A DNA stretch of 64,000 nt from Alphaproteobacteria bacterium (lineage in GTDB: Bacteria > Pseudomonadota > Alphaproteobacteria > Caedimonadales > UBA1908), in the NCBI GenBank assembly GCA_021298595.1, contig JAJTHL010000005.1, positions 5,651-69,650 on the forward strand. Direction: 5' to 3'. The notes below the pieces were generated by a model. It was not told the DNA's origin and did not search any database. It saw only the letters and a list, made by a program, of their open reading frames with translations. Position numbers and translations under genes: made by a program. Of this stretch, positions 20,143 to 28,651 are shown piece after piece. How positions within the stretch are numbered: the first letter of the stretch is position 1; each line of letters opens with the position of its first letter.

Positions 20143-21064
20143 CTATGATGGCGCGTGTTCGCTGAGGATACGGTGGAGGGTCTTTTGCGGATTCATACCT
20201 GGAAGGTTCTGCCCTTCTTGTTGAGATCTAATACTCAAAAGAGCTTTCCAAAGAGCCCAGCCTTTTGCTCGTTTCCAAGTATCAACATCAAAAGATAGAG
20301 CGTTTTGAAAAAGAAGTCTTTCCTCACCCTCGAAATAGGTCCAGGCCATCACAAGGTCACACGCAGGATCCCCCACGCCCATGCATCCAAAATCGATGAC
20401 ATCCAAAATCGATGACAGCCAAAAGTCGATCTTGTCTCATGAGCATATTTCCCACACTCATATCACCATGCACCCAGCGAGGTGGGTGCTGCCACGAGGA
20501 GGACAAAGCCTCTTCCCATATCAAGAAGATCATCTTTCTCGAATAAGGAAGGTTTAAGACCTTCAACGCCTCCTTCACGTCTGTGTCATAGTGTAAAAGG
20601 CTCCCTCCTCGCCAAAAATTATGCAGGCCTGCTGACGGCCCTTTGGTGGCATCAATCCCGTGCAATTCTTTCAAAAAGCGCGCAATCTCAAGGGCAAGCA
20701 TTTTTCGCGCGTCTTGAGACAAAACTGTTTCCATAAGCGGCGTCCCCTCTCGCCATGTATAAATAGCCCAGTGCCACGGCACCCAAGGGCTTGGCATCCC
20801 CAACGCCACTTGGTGGGGTATCTCTACTGTCAGATGCGGCGCTAAAAAAGGGAGCCAATCTTGTTCTTTGAGGGGCTGCGCCGCATAACATTTTGCTGTG
20901 GGAATCCTGACAGATAAATCCTCCCCCAAACGAAAAGTCGCATTGTCCCATCCTTGTGACATGACAGGGGTTATGGGTAAGTGTGCCAAAGAGGAAAATT
21001 GCTCCGCCACAAGGCACCGTGCCATGTCAGAAGTGATGTTAAGACGTGCATCGTCGGCGCCCAT
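20143..21064 (-). pseudogene. Aminoglycoside/choline-kinase-type phosphotransferase (APH family), frameshifted by a 16-bp tandem duplication
   Basis: Brenner motif HGDMSVGNML and a DFG motif. The two ORFs (20357-21064 and 20143-20406) both contain VIDFGC. Deleting one 16-bp copy fuses them into a 301-codon ORF. Confidence 0.85.
20385..20416. repeat. Perfect 16-bp tandem direct duplication (ATCCAAAATCGATGAC x2)
   Basis: Read directly: 20385-20400 is identical to 20401-20416. Confidence 0.97.
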
Positions 21065-21070
21065 CAGGCT

Positions 21071-22507
21071 TTAGGAGGCAACTTTGGCAAGGACTGCTTG
21101 CTCGTGGGTTCTTTTGCGTTCATAGGAAGAAGGAATTTTAAGAACCTTTCTGTATTTCGAAATTGTGCGTCGTGCAACATCCACACCTTTCTCAGCCATT
21201 TTTTGGACAAGTTGATCGTCGGAGTAAGGATCTTGGGGATTTTCTTCCTGAATCAGTTGGGACAATAAATAGCGGACACTGACGCCTGAGTGCTGGGTGT
21301 CTTCTACCATTCCCATCACAGCGTTGGAAAAAAAGACGCGCATCTCAAAGACCCCCCTGGGTGTTTGCAGGTACTTATGATTGACAATGCGCGAAATCGT
21401 ACTCTCGTGTAAACCCAACTCGATTGCCACATCCTTAAGGGTTAAGGGCTGTAACTGCGCCAGCCCGTACTTCATGAAATTTTGTTGCGCCGCAACCAGC
21501 GTGGCTGCAACTTTTAAGATATTCTGTGTCCGCTGATCCAGAGCTTTGACAAGCCACCGAGCCGAGGAAAGCTGTTCTTTCAAATATACTTGTATTTCTT
21601 TTTTGCCAGACTCCCAGACGCGTGCATAATAGCCTGTATCAATAAGGACTTTGGGAAGCGTTGACTCATTAAACCGGACATCCCATCTTTGATCCTCTTC
21701 ATGCCAAACCACAAAAAGATCTGGGACGACTGGGGGATTATCTTTTTTAGCGAACGAAAGGCCAGGCTTTGGATCGAGACCTTTGATCACCTGGAGTGCC
21801 ATGCCCAGGTCCTCTTTAGATAGCCCAGTTTTTCTTAGAAGTGTGTCGATCTTTCCTTCACCAAATAACGAAAGATGCGTCATGAATTTTTCAAAGATTG
21901 GTGTCCACAATAGCTTGTCTTTGAGTTGCGCGCTTAAACACTCTTGCAAACTTCTTGCAAAAACACCCGCAGGATCACAAGTCTGCAGGCGGATAAGAAC
22001 TTGCTCTATTTCTGTTTCTTCGCATCCCAGCGTCTTTGCTAATGAATCAAGATTTATGGCTAAATACCCTGCTTCATCAAGATTCGCGAGTAAGTGAAGG
22101 GCGATCACTTCGTGGGTATGGCACTCGAACATCCCTTGCATTTGAAGAAGAAGGTGTTCTTGAAGCGTTAAAGACGGCGCCTCCAAATGTGCAAAGGGAT
22201 CACGTGACGCTTCGGTAGGGGTTCGTCCACCTGCCCAGCGGTCGCTGGCACTGTCAGCGCTCCATAAATTTTCGTGTGCATCAGATGCTGGTGAGGCCCA
22301 TTCATCCGTGTCATTTTGGGAGACCACCACTTCGGAGGTTTTGTCAAATCCTTCCAACTCCAGAAGAGGGTTATCTAGAACCGTGTTCTGAAGGTGGCTC
22401 GTAAGTTCAAGATTATTAAGGGAAAGCAGTTGAATGGCTTGACGCAACTGGGGTGACACTACCACAGAAGTCGTCTGTTTTTGCTGTAGCTTTTGAGATA
22501 GACGCAT
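21071..22507 (-). CDS. rpoN: RNA polymerase sigma-54 factor
   Basis: Region I (LSQKLQQKQ...LRQAIQLLQ-like), a C-terminal HTH and an RpoN box (ARRTISKYR). Confidence 0.95.
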   Translation of the reverse strand: MRLSQKLQQKQTTSVVVSPQLRQAIQLLSLNNLELTSHLQNTVLDNPLLELEGFDKTSEVVVSQNDTDEWASPASDAHENLWSADSASDRWAGGRTPTEASRDPFAHLEAPSLTLQEHLLLQMQGMFECHTHEVIALHLLANLDEAGYLAINLDSLAKTLGCEETEIEQVLIRLQTCDPAGVFARSLQECLSAQLKDKLLWTPIFEKFMTHLSLFGEGKIDTLLRKTGLSKEDLGMALQVIKGLDPKPGLSFAKKDNPPVVPDLFVVWHEEDQRWDVRFNESTLPKVLIDTGYYARVWESGKKEIQVYLKEQLSSARWLVKALDQRTQNILKVAATLVAAQQNFMKYGLAQLQPLTLKDVAIELGLHESTISRIVNHKYLQTPRGVFEMRVFFSNAVMGMVEDTQHSGVSVRYLLSQLIQEENPQDPYSDDQLVQKMAEKGVDVARRTISKYRKVLKIPSSYERKRTHEQAVLAKVAS

Positions 22508-22530
22508 CTACGCCCCCTCTTTCACAGCCC

Positions 22531-23310
22531 TCAAAGACGGAAGTTTTCTCCCAAGTAAACGCGTCGGACCGTTTCATCAGCCACAATCTCTGAAGGCGTG
22601 CCTTCCATAAGGACCTTGCCTTCATTAATGATATAGGCTCTATCGACAATATCAAGGGTTTCCCTCACATTGTGGTCCGTTAAAAGAACACCGATATCGC
22701 GCTCTTTTAGATGACTGATTAAGTGACGTACATCATGGACGGCTATGGGGTCAATCCCTGCGAGGGGTTCATCCAGCATCATAAAGTGGGGATCCCCCGC
22801 CAAAGACCTTGCAATTTCAACACGACGTCTTTCGCCGCCCGATAAGGTGAGTGCCGATGAGCGTCTAAGATGCGTTAAAGAAAATTCCTCCAAAAGACGC
22901 TCGAGAATGTCTTCTCTTTTGTCCGGATCTCCTTGCGTCACTTCTAAAACAGCACGCACGTTCTCCTCTACATTGAGTCCCCTAAAAATCGACGCTTCTT
23001 GAGGAAGATATCCAATACCGAGCCTTGCCCGTCTGTACATGGGCAGAGGAGAAATATCGTGACTGTCTAGCAAAATAGAACCACTGTCTGCTTTGACAAG
23101 GCCCGCGATTATGGAAAATACCGTTGTTTTGCCGGCACCGTTTGGTCCTAAAAGCCCCACCGCCTCACCGCGCTTGACGCGAATACTCACATCCCGCACC
23201 ACCGGTCTTGTGTGGTAGGACTTCTCAAGGCTAAGGGCCTCAAGGCCACGAGCCTGGTTAAGGGTTTTATAATTAGGGGATGAAGATTTAATTTTCGTCA
23301 CGTTAGGCAC
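22531..23310 (-). CDS. lptB: LPS export ABC ATPase LptB
   Basis: Walker A GPNGAGKTT, signature LSGGERRRVEIAR, Walker B MLDEP. Sits between lptA and rpoN. Confidence 0.9.
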   Translation of the reverse strand: MPNVTKIKSSSPNYKTLNQARGLEALSLEKSYHTRPVVRDVSIRVKRGEAVGLLGPNGAGKTTVFSIIAGLVKADSGSILLDSHDISPLPMYRRARLGIGYLPQEASIFRGLNVEENVRAVLEVTQGDPDKREDILERLLEEFSLTHLRRSSALTLSGGERRRVEIARSLAGDPHFMMLDEPLAGIDPIAVHDVRHLISHLKERDIGVLLTDHNVRETLDIVDRAYIINEGKVLMEGTPSEIVADETVRRVYLGENFRL

Positions 23311-24154
23311 TCTTTTCTTGACGCGGTATCAAAAGTACTTTGACTCTCGTCTTAGGCGAAGCAGATGGATTTTGTCCCCCATTTTCGGCAGGCAAGAGTG
23401 CGGCGAACCCATTTTTCATGTCATAGCGGCCTCGCTCTCCCATCATGCGTCCTTGTCCGCGCTTTGTGATGCGCACGTTACCCGTTAGGATCACGACCTC
23501 ATCCGCGTCTGTATAAACACCTCGATCACCTTGAGCCACATCATCCTGGGTTGATGCAAAAACATTTCCTGTGGCGTCTACATGGTCAAGGGTGTCTTTT
23601 TGATGACTTTCTTTAAAGTAGGCATCCAATTGATCTGCCTTAAGGAGCTTTCCTTTTTTTTCAACGGACGCCTCGCCCTTAGCAACAGCTAGTTTTTTTT
23701 GCTCAAAATACTCAAGGGAATCGCGCGCACGTACGTTTGTTTCACCAAGAGCGAGAAATAGATCCCTTCCCGTGAGGACCGCGTGGGACGTTTTGACATG
23801 GAAGACCCCCACATCTGCAGCTGCACGCTTAGCGCCCTCTTTGGCTTTGATGCGCACATTTCCATGGGCTTCAAGGCGAATGAGCTCTTGGGGGCGGTCC
23901 TGGTTGTCCATGTGAAAAAAAGCTTTGAGAACATCACAGGTCAAGGTCGTATCCCCATGGGTGACGATGACGTTCCCCCGCGCAGTGCACACTTGTCCTT
24001 TTTTTTCGCACGTAATCCCGCTGGCTGCGTCAATTTCAACGGGCAAAGAACCGGATTCGCCTGTTTTTCCTGCAAAACTAAATGCATACAAGGACCCTTC
24101 CCCTCCCAAAAGAAGACTTAGAACACCAAGGAGCCTTGCATTTTTTTTGTTCAT
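23303..24154 (-). CDS. lptA: LptA/OstA-family periplasmic LPS transport protein (start at MNKKNARLL)
   Basis: Signal peptide. OstA-like beta-jellyroll repeats (ARGNVIVTHGDTTLTCD, ATGNVFASTQDDVAQGD, LTGNVRITKRG). 8-nt overlap with lptB. Confidence 0.7.
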   Translation of the reverse strand: MNKKNARLLGVLSLLLGGEGSLYAFSFAGKTGESGSLPVEIDAASGITCEKKGQVCTARGNVIVTHGDTTLTCDVLKAFFHMDNQDRPQELIRLEAHGNVRIKAKEGAKRAAADVGVFHVKTSHAVLTGRDLFLALGETNVRARDSLEYFEQKKLAVAKGEASVEKKGKLLKADQLDAYFKESHQKDTLDHVDATGNVFASTQDDVAQGDRGVYTDADEVVILTGNVRITKRGQGRMMGERGRYDMKNGFAALLPAENGGQNPSASPKTRVKVLLIPRQEKSA

Positions 24155-24158
24155 ACCG

Positions 24159-25070
24159 TTATTTACCCCTTTGAGGTTCCTGACTTTGTTGAATAATTTT
24201 CTCAATTTGCTCCGTCACGATCCACTTCACAAGGGAGGGGAGGCGTGCGTCAAGCCATTCCTTGAGCATGGGCCTGAGAAGATCTTGCATAATTTCATCC
24301 AAAGTCTGCGCGCCCACGCCTTCGGGACGCGGATCGGCTTTTTTTGTCCGTCCTTGTTGCCCAACGGTTTGAGTCAACTCTGAAAGGGCTTGTGTTGAGG
24401 CACTGAGGGCTTCTGGGGATAAAAAGTCTTGATCTTCATCATATGAGGACATTGAGGACTCCCTTGGTTCCGCATCACCTATGCTGTGATTGACATCCTG
24501 TGGCCTTGAAGGTTCTTCAAAAAAATGCGCGTCTATTCTTGGGGCATCCTGTGCCCTTTCCGTTGGCCCGTCGCTATCCCCAGCGTCTTGTGAAACATTC
24601 GCAAGATCAAAAAGGTCTTCAACTCTTTCATTCGTTGTAGGTGATGCCTCTTCAAAGGATGCTGTCTCGTTGGCCTGCTCTTCAAAAGCAGTTGATGCTT
24701 TTTCACTTGCAGATGTGAAAATTTGGGACACATCCGATGAAGGCGCCAACGACCTAGGATCAGAAAAATCCAAGTCTTCAGAAGTCGTGGACGAGTCCTG
24801 TTGGCGTTGCGCCTTTGAGTCATCAAAATCAAAGGGATTATTGGCGTTGGTCGACATACTCAAATCTGTGACAGAGCCGTCCTCGTTGACCATTTGCGTC
24901 AGCTCAAAAACCTCTGCTTTTTCTCCAGAAGGAGCAGCCGAGGCAATTACTTTGCCAAGGGTGGTCTCTGTCCAATTTTTTCCCGCTTTCATATCCTCTT
25001 CAATGGTTTCCCGAATAGAAGATAAAATGTCCTCCATGGATTTTTGAGAGTCAGCGTGTTGTCCTGCCAT
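24159..25070 (-). CDS. popZ: PopZ-like pole-organizing protein (DUF2497) with a long acidic disordered middle
   Basis: The N-terminus SMEDILSSIRETIEED and the C-terminus LDEIMQDLLRPMLKEWLDARLPSLVKWIVTEQIEKI match the two conserved PopZ ends as I remember them from Caulobacter. Lies next to tolC. Confidence 0.8.
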   Translation of the reverse strand: MAGQHADSQKSMEDILSSIRETIEEDMKAGKNWTETTLGKVIASAAPSGEKAEVFELTQMVNEDGSVTDLSMSTNANNPFDFDDSKAQRQQDSSTTSEDLDFSDPRSLAPSSDVSQIFTSASEKASTAFEEQANETASFEEASPTTNERVEDLFDLANVSQDAGDSDGPTERAQDAPRIDAHFFEEPSRPQDVNHSIGDAEPRESSMSSYDEDQDFLSPEALSASTQALSELTQTVGQQGRTKKADPRPEGVGAQTLDEIMQDLLRPMLKEWLDARLPSLVKWIVTEQIEKIIQQSQEPQRGK

Positions 25071-25081
25071 CTGCCTGCATC

Positions 25082-26593
25082 CTATTTTTTGGGTTCGTAT
25101 CCCGTACCAATCCACATACCTTCTACGTCCTTAGCATACTCCTTCACAGGATAATACTCCACAGGTAACCCAAGACCTGCAGCTGTGAGCTGCCCGAGGG
25201 ACAAAAGCATTTGGAATCCCGCAATCAAGAAATTAGTCTTTGCCTGAATCAAATTTGTTTCGGCCTGCAAAAGGGCGTCTTCGGCATTAAGAACATCAAG
25301 AAGCGTGCGCTCTCCCACCAAGGACTCTTGGCGTACGCCTTCAAGGCTGATTTTTGCCGCCTCCACTTGCGTCTCAAGATGGGTGATCTGATCTCTTGTC
25401 GATGTCCAAGACTCCCAAGCCGATACAGCCGCCTGCCTCACGCTGCGCTCAGTGGTTGTGATGGCAATCTTTCTGCTTGTGGCGGCTTGCCTTGCTTGCC
25501 TGAATTTAGACCAATCTGACCCACCGTTGCCGTAAAGGGGAACACTAACCGTCACACCGATACTTGCTGCGTTATTTCTGGCACTTCTGGCATTATTGAC
25601 GGTATCACTTGTGACGTTACGCTCAAGACTTCCTGTCAAACCCACAGACGGCAAAAGGGCGGCTTTGTTGGAATCAATCCCATATTTAGCTGCTTCGTAA
25701 GAAAGCTTTGCTTGAATGATTTGGGGGTTATTTTTTACCGCCTCATTCACAAACACGTCTTGTTGGTTAGGGATTGGGATAAACAGTGTCACGGGATCTG
25801 GTAAGGGCAAAGAGGGTGCTGGTATTTCGCCCACCACCTGATGGTAGGTTTCTTTGGCCGTTTCCACGTCAGCGCGCGCACTGATTTCATCGGACTGGGC
25901 AGACGCATATTCACTTTCGGCTTGAGATACGTCTGTCAGTGTCAACTCTCCCACTTCCATTCGGGCCTTTGCCTGATCCAGGGTTTTCTTTTTCACTACG
26001 ACGTTTTTTTGCTTCAGATCCAAAAGGGACCTTTTATAGCAAAGATCAATATAAGCTTGTACGGCGCTGGAAAGGGTCGACTGTTCAGTAATGGTAAAGT
26101 CAGCAATGTTGGCACCCAGACTCGCACGTTGCCCTCCGATAGCCGCAACTGTCCCGCCCCCTGCATAAAGATTTTGCGTCAAATTAAGAGCCGTTTGATA
26201 GGTTGTACTATACTGCCTTGGCCCTATGGGACGATTGAGCGTATCGAATTGGGTCACCTGCGTTTCCTGACCTCCTCGCCTGGCCGTATGGCTCAAGTTT
26301 AAGCTGGGGCGCCATCCCGACAATGCTTGCGCGACGTTTTCAGCATTGGCGTATTGATCCCGGGCCTTACCTTGCAAGGTAGGGTTAGTGTTGTAAGTTT
26401 GGATTAACGCCTTGTAAAACGGGTGCTCCATGGAGAGGGTCTTGGGCTTTGCAGGGGTAAGATCCTTTTTGTGCGCCCTCTTTCCTTGTAAAGATTTGGG
26501 CACCGTGTCGGCTGCGACTGCTTGATCCATATACGAAACGGCCGTCCATACCACACCCAAGAGCAACATTGTACGCTGCTGAAGTCTTGTCAT
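25082..26593 (-). CDS. tolC: TolC-family outer membrane channel
   Basis: Signal peptide plus duplicated OEP repeats (NPTLQ..A, coiled-coil alpha-barrel segments). 503 aa. Confidence 0.85.
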   Translation of the reverse strand: MTRLQQRTMLLLGVVWTAVSYMDQAVAADTVPKSLQGKRAHKKDLTPAKPKTLSMEHPFYKALIQTYNTNPTLQGKARDQYANAENVAQALSGWRPSLNLSHTARRGGQETQVTQFDTLNRPIGPRQYSTTYQTALNLTQNLYAGGGTVAAIGGQRASLGANIADFTITEQSTLSSAVQAYIDLCYKRSLLDLKQKNVVVKKKTLDQAKARMEVGELTLTDVSQAESEYASAQSDEISARADVETAKETYHQVVGEIPAPSLPLPDPVTLFIPIPNQQDVFVNEAVKNNPQIIQAKLSYEAAKYGIDSNKAALLPSVGLTGSLERNVTSDTVNNARSARNNAASIGVTVSVPLYGNGGSDWSKFRQARQAATSRKIAITTTERSVRQAAVSAWESWTSTRDQITHLETQVEAAKISLEGVRQESLVGERTLLDVLNAEDALLQAETNLIQAKTNFLIAGFQMLLSLGQLTAAGLGLPVEYYPVKEYAKDVEGMWIGTGYEPKK

Positions 26594-26604
26594 TTATTCC
26601 TCCA

Positions 26605-26922
26605 TTAACCCAAATCGTGGTGCTCTAAAAAAGCTTCCCACGCCATTATACCGCCATTCAAATTCTTCACCTTAGCAAAGCCTGCCCCTTGAAGCAAATG
26701 ACAAGCAAGCGCACTTCTTTTGCCCGCAAGACACAAGACGACCATTTCTTGATCAGGGTCAAGGTCACTCAGCCGCCCTTGAAGAAGCCCTAAGGGAATG
26801 CACGTGGCCCCTGGAAAAGGCCTGGTTTGGCACTCTAAAGGCTCGCGCACGTCCAACACAGTGGGCGGTTTTTGCTCCTTGAGCATGTGATAAAGCTCAT
26901 CAGCATTAACTGATTCCACCAT
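26605..26922 (-). CDS. Rhodanese-domain sulfurtransferase
   Basis: 105 aa, with the active-site loop CLAGKRS. Confidence 0.8.
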   Translation of the reverse strand: MVESVNADELYHMLKEQKPPTVLDVREPLECQTRPFPGATCIPLGLLQGRLSDLDPDQEMVVLCLAGKRSALACHLLQGAGFAKVKNLNGGIMAWEAFLEHHDLG

Positions 26923-26927
26923 GGCGC

Positions 26928-27590
26928 TTACCCCGCCTTTCTTTGAGGCACAGGGTGTGCGTCTAATAAAGAGGCGGCGGCCTCAAAAAGAGCCTTTCTT
27001 GAAACGTTCCCATCGTATTTTTCAAAAAGCGTTGCTTGGGGCAAGCTTCCTTGGGGTCTTCTTAAAAAACACAAAAGTCGGGCGCCGTCCTTTAAGGCGT
27101 CGAGGAGGCCGGAAGGCACATGACCTAAACACCCCTCCACCACAATCACATCACAGGTAGACGCTTCTTCAGGGACGACGCCGTAATGCGCCATAGGTTT
27201 GACGCTTACATGGGGCAGGGAAAGTTTTGATAAGAATGCTTGAGCTCGCTCAACCAGTTCCTGACTTGTTTCAAAGCCAAGGACGCGGCCGGCAACCGCG
27301 CCGATGAGGGCGCTTGAATACCCTACACCAGCGCCGAGATCAAGAACGGTGTGCTGCTTTTCAATGGCTGCCTCTTTAAGAAGTTTCACAAGGGATAGGG
27401 GAGAGAGCAAAAAACGCCCGTTTTCTAGGGGAGCATCTGCGTCCGCATAAGCCATGGCCCGCCAACCCGTCGCCACACATTCCTCACGGGGAAGTGTTTC
27501 GAGGGCACGACGCAAAGGCCCGGAAACTTGAACGCACGGCAATATCTGCCCTACGACCATTGCGTGACGAAGTGCTTCAAAATCGACCAT
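26928..27590 (-). CDS. Protein-L-isoaspartate O-methyltransferase family protein (start at MVDFEAL)
   Basis: SAM-binding motif VLDLGAGVGYSSA. The pcm-like/tolC neighbourhood is typical of alphaproteobacteria. Confidence 0.75.
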   Translation of the reverse strand: MVDFEALRHAMVVGQILPCVQVSGPLRRALETLPREECVATGWRAMAYADADAPLENGRFLLSPLSLVKLLKEAAIEKQHTVLDLGAGVGYSSALIGAVAGRVLGFETSQELVERAQAFLSKLSLPHVSVKPMAHYGVVPEEASTCDVIVVEGCLGHVPSGLLDALKDGARLLCFLRRPQGSLPQATLFEKYDGNVSRKALFEAAASLLDAHPVPQRKAG

Positions 27591-27691
27591 GACATAAACT
27601 CGAAGTAGTGACTGAAAAAAGTTACCATATTTTTCTATCATAAGCCTAGAGCGTTGACCACTTTGTCTCAAGTGCGTATGTAGTAATCTTG

Positions 27692-28651
27692 ATGAGCAAA
27701 AAACGAATAGAAAGGAATCAAAAAGTGATTCTTGTTTTTGGTGCCTTGAACATGGACATGGTCATGCGTGTCCCTGAAATGCCGCGTCCCAGCAATACTG
27801 TTGTCTGTCCTGGATATTCTTTTATCCCGGGCGGAAAGGGCGCCAACCAAGCAGCAGCTGCCGCTTTAAGCGGGGCCGGTGTGCGTATGTTCGGCTGTGT
27901 CGGCAAGGATGATTTTGCAAAACAATTAAAGCATTCTTTGGGTGATGCAGGGGTAAACACCGACGGCCTCCATGTCATCTCTGATGCGCCCACGGGATGT
28001 GCTGCCATTTGTGTGGACCAGGTGGGAGAAAACATGATTGTCGTAGCAGCCGGTGCTAATGATCTTATAAAAAGCTCGATCATTTCCGATGGGGACATCT
28101 CTTCCGAAAATCTTGTGATGACCCAATGTGAAGTTCCCTCAGAAGAAACTTGGGACTTGTTGCGCCGCGCCAAAGCAAAGGGGGCGCGCACACTTTTGAA
28201 TCTGGCGCCCGCTAAAAAAATCCCGACAGATCTTTTGGCATCCGTTGATTATCTTGTGATGAATGAAATCGAAACAACGATTTTGTCGCTGCACTTGGGC
28301 TTTGAATCCATTTCCCCTTCCATTGCTTCGAGGCGGATCACTAGTACTTACGGCACTACGTGTATTGTGACCCTTGGCAGTCACGGCGCCTTTGCGTCCT
28401 CGCCCTCAGAAGAGTGGGAAGTACCGGCCCTTCGTATCACAAGTGTGGATACAACGGCGGCGGGCGATGCGTTTTGCGGTGCCTTTGCCTCACGCATACA
28501 TCAAAATGATTCTTTTCATGATGCCCTTAAATTTGCAGCCGTGGCAAGCTCCCTCACATGTACGAGAATGGGCGCTCAAACAAGTCTGCCGACCCTCCAA
28601 GAAACAAAGGAGGCACTCTCCAAGTTGCCTCCTCTTAAAAAACTACGCTAG
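27692..28651 (+). CDS. rbsK: Ribokinase (PfkB family)
   Basis: GALNMDMV, GGKGANQAAAAA and the C-terminal DTTAAGDAFCGAF motif. Confidence 0.8.
   Translation: MSKKRIERNQKVILVFGALNMDMVMRVPEMPRPSNTVVCPGYSFIPGGKGANQAAAAALSGAGVRMFGCVGKDDFAKQLKHSLGDAGVNTDGLHVISDAPTGCAAICVDQVGENMIVVAAGANDLIKSSIISDGDISSENLVMTQCEVPSEETWDLLRRAKAKGARTLLNLAPAKKIPTDLLASVDYLVMNEIETTILSLHLGFESISPSIASRRITSTYGTTCIVTLGSHGAFASSPSEEWEVPALRITSVDTTAAGDAFCGAFASRIHQNDSFHDALKFAAVASSLTCTRMGAQTSLPTLQETKEALSKLPPLKKLR

Noticed and set aside
23654-24148. Four A8 tracts on the lptA coding strand: plus-strand T8 at 23654-23661, 23693-23700, 23999-24006 and 24141-24148.
   Set aside because: All four are in frame and simply encode Lys-Lys next to A-ending or A-starting codons. 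This is consistent with AAA-biased lysine usage, and there is no evidence of slippage-dependent expression.
28648-28651. Convergent genes share palindromic stop tetranucleotides: CTAG at rbsK/secretin (28648-28651) and at gatB/orphan (14964-14967), and TTAA at pduO-type/gpt (42112-42115).
   Set aside because: This is a trivial consequence of compact gene packing, because TAG and TAA are self-overlapping on complementary strands. No regulatory implication can be supported.
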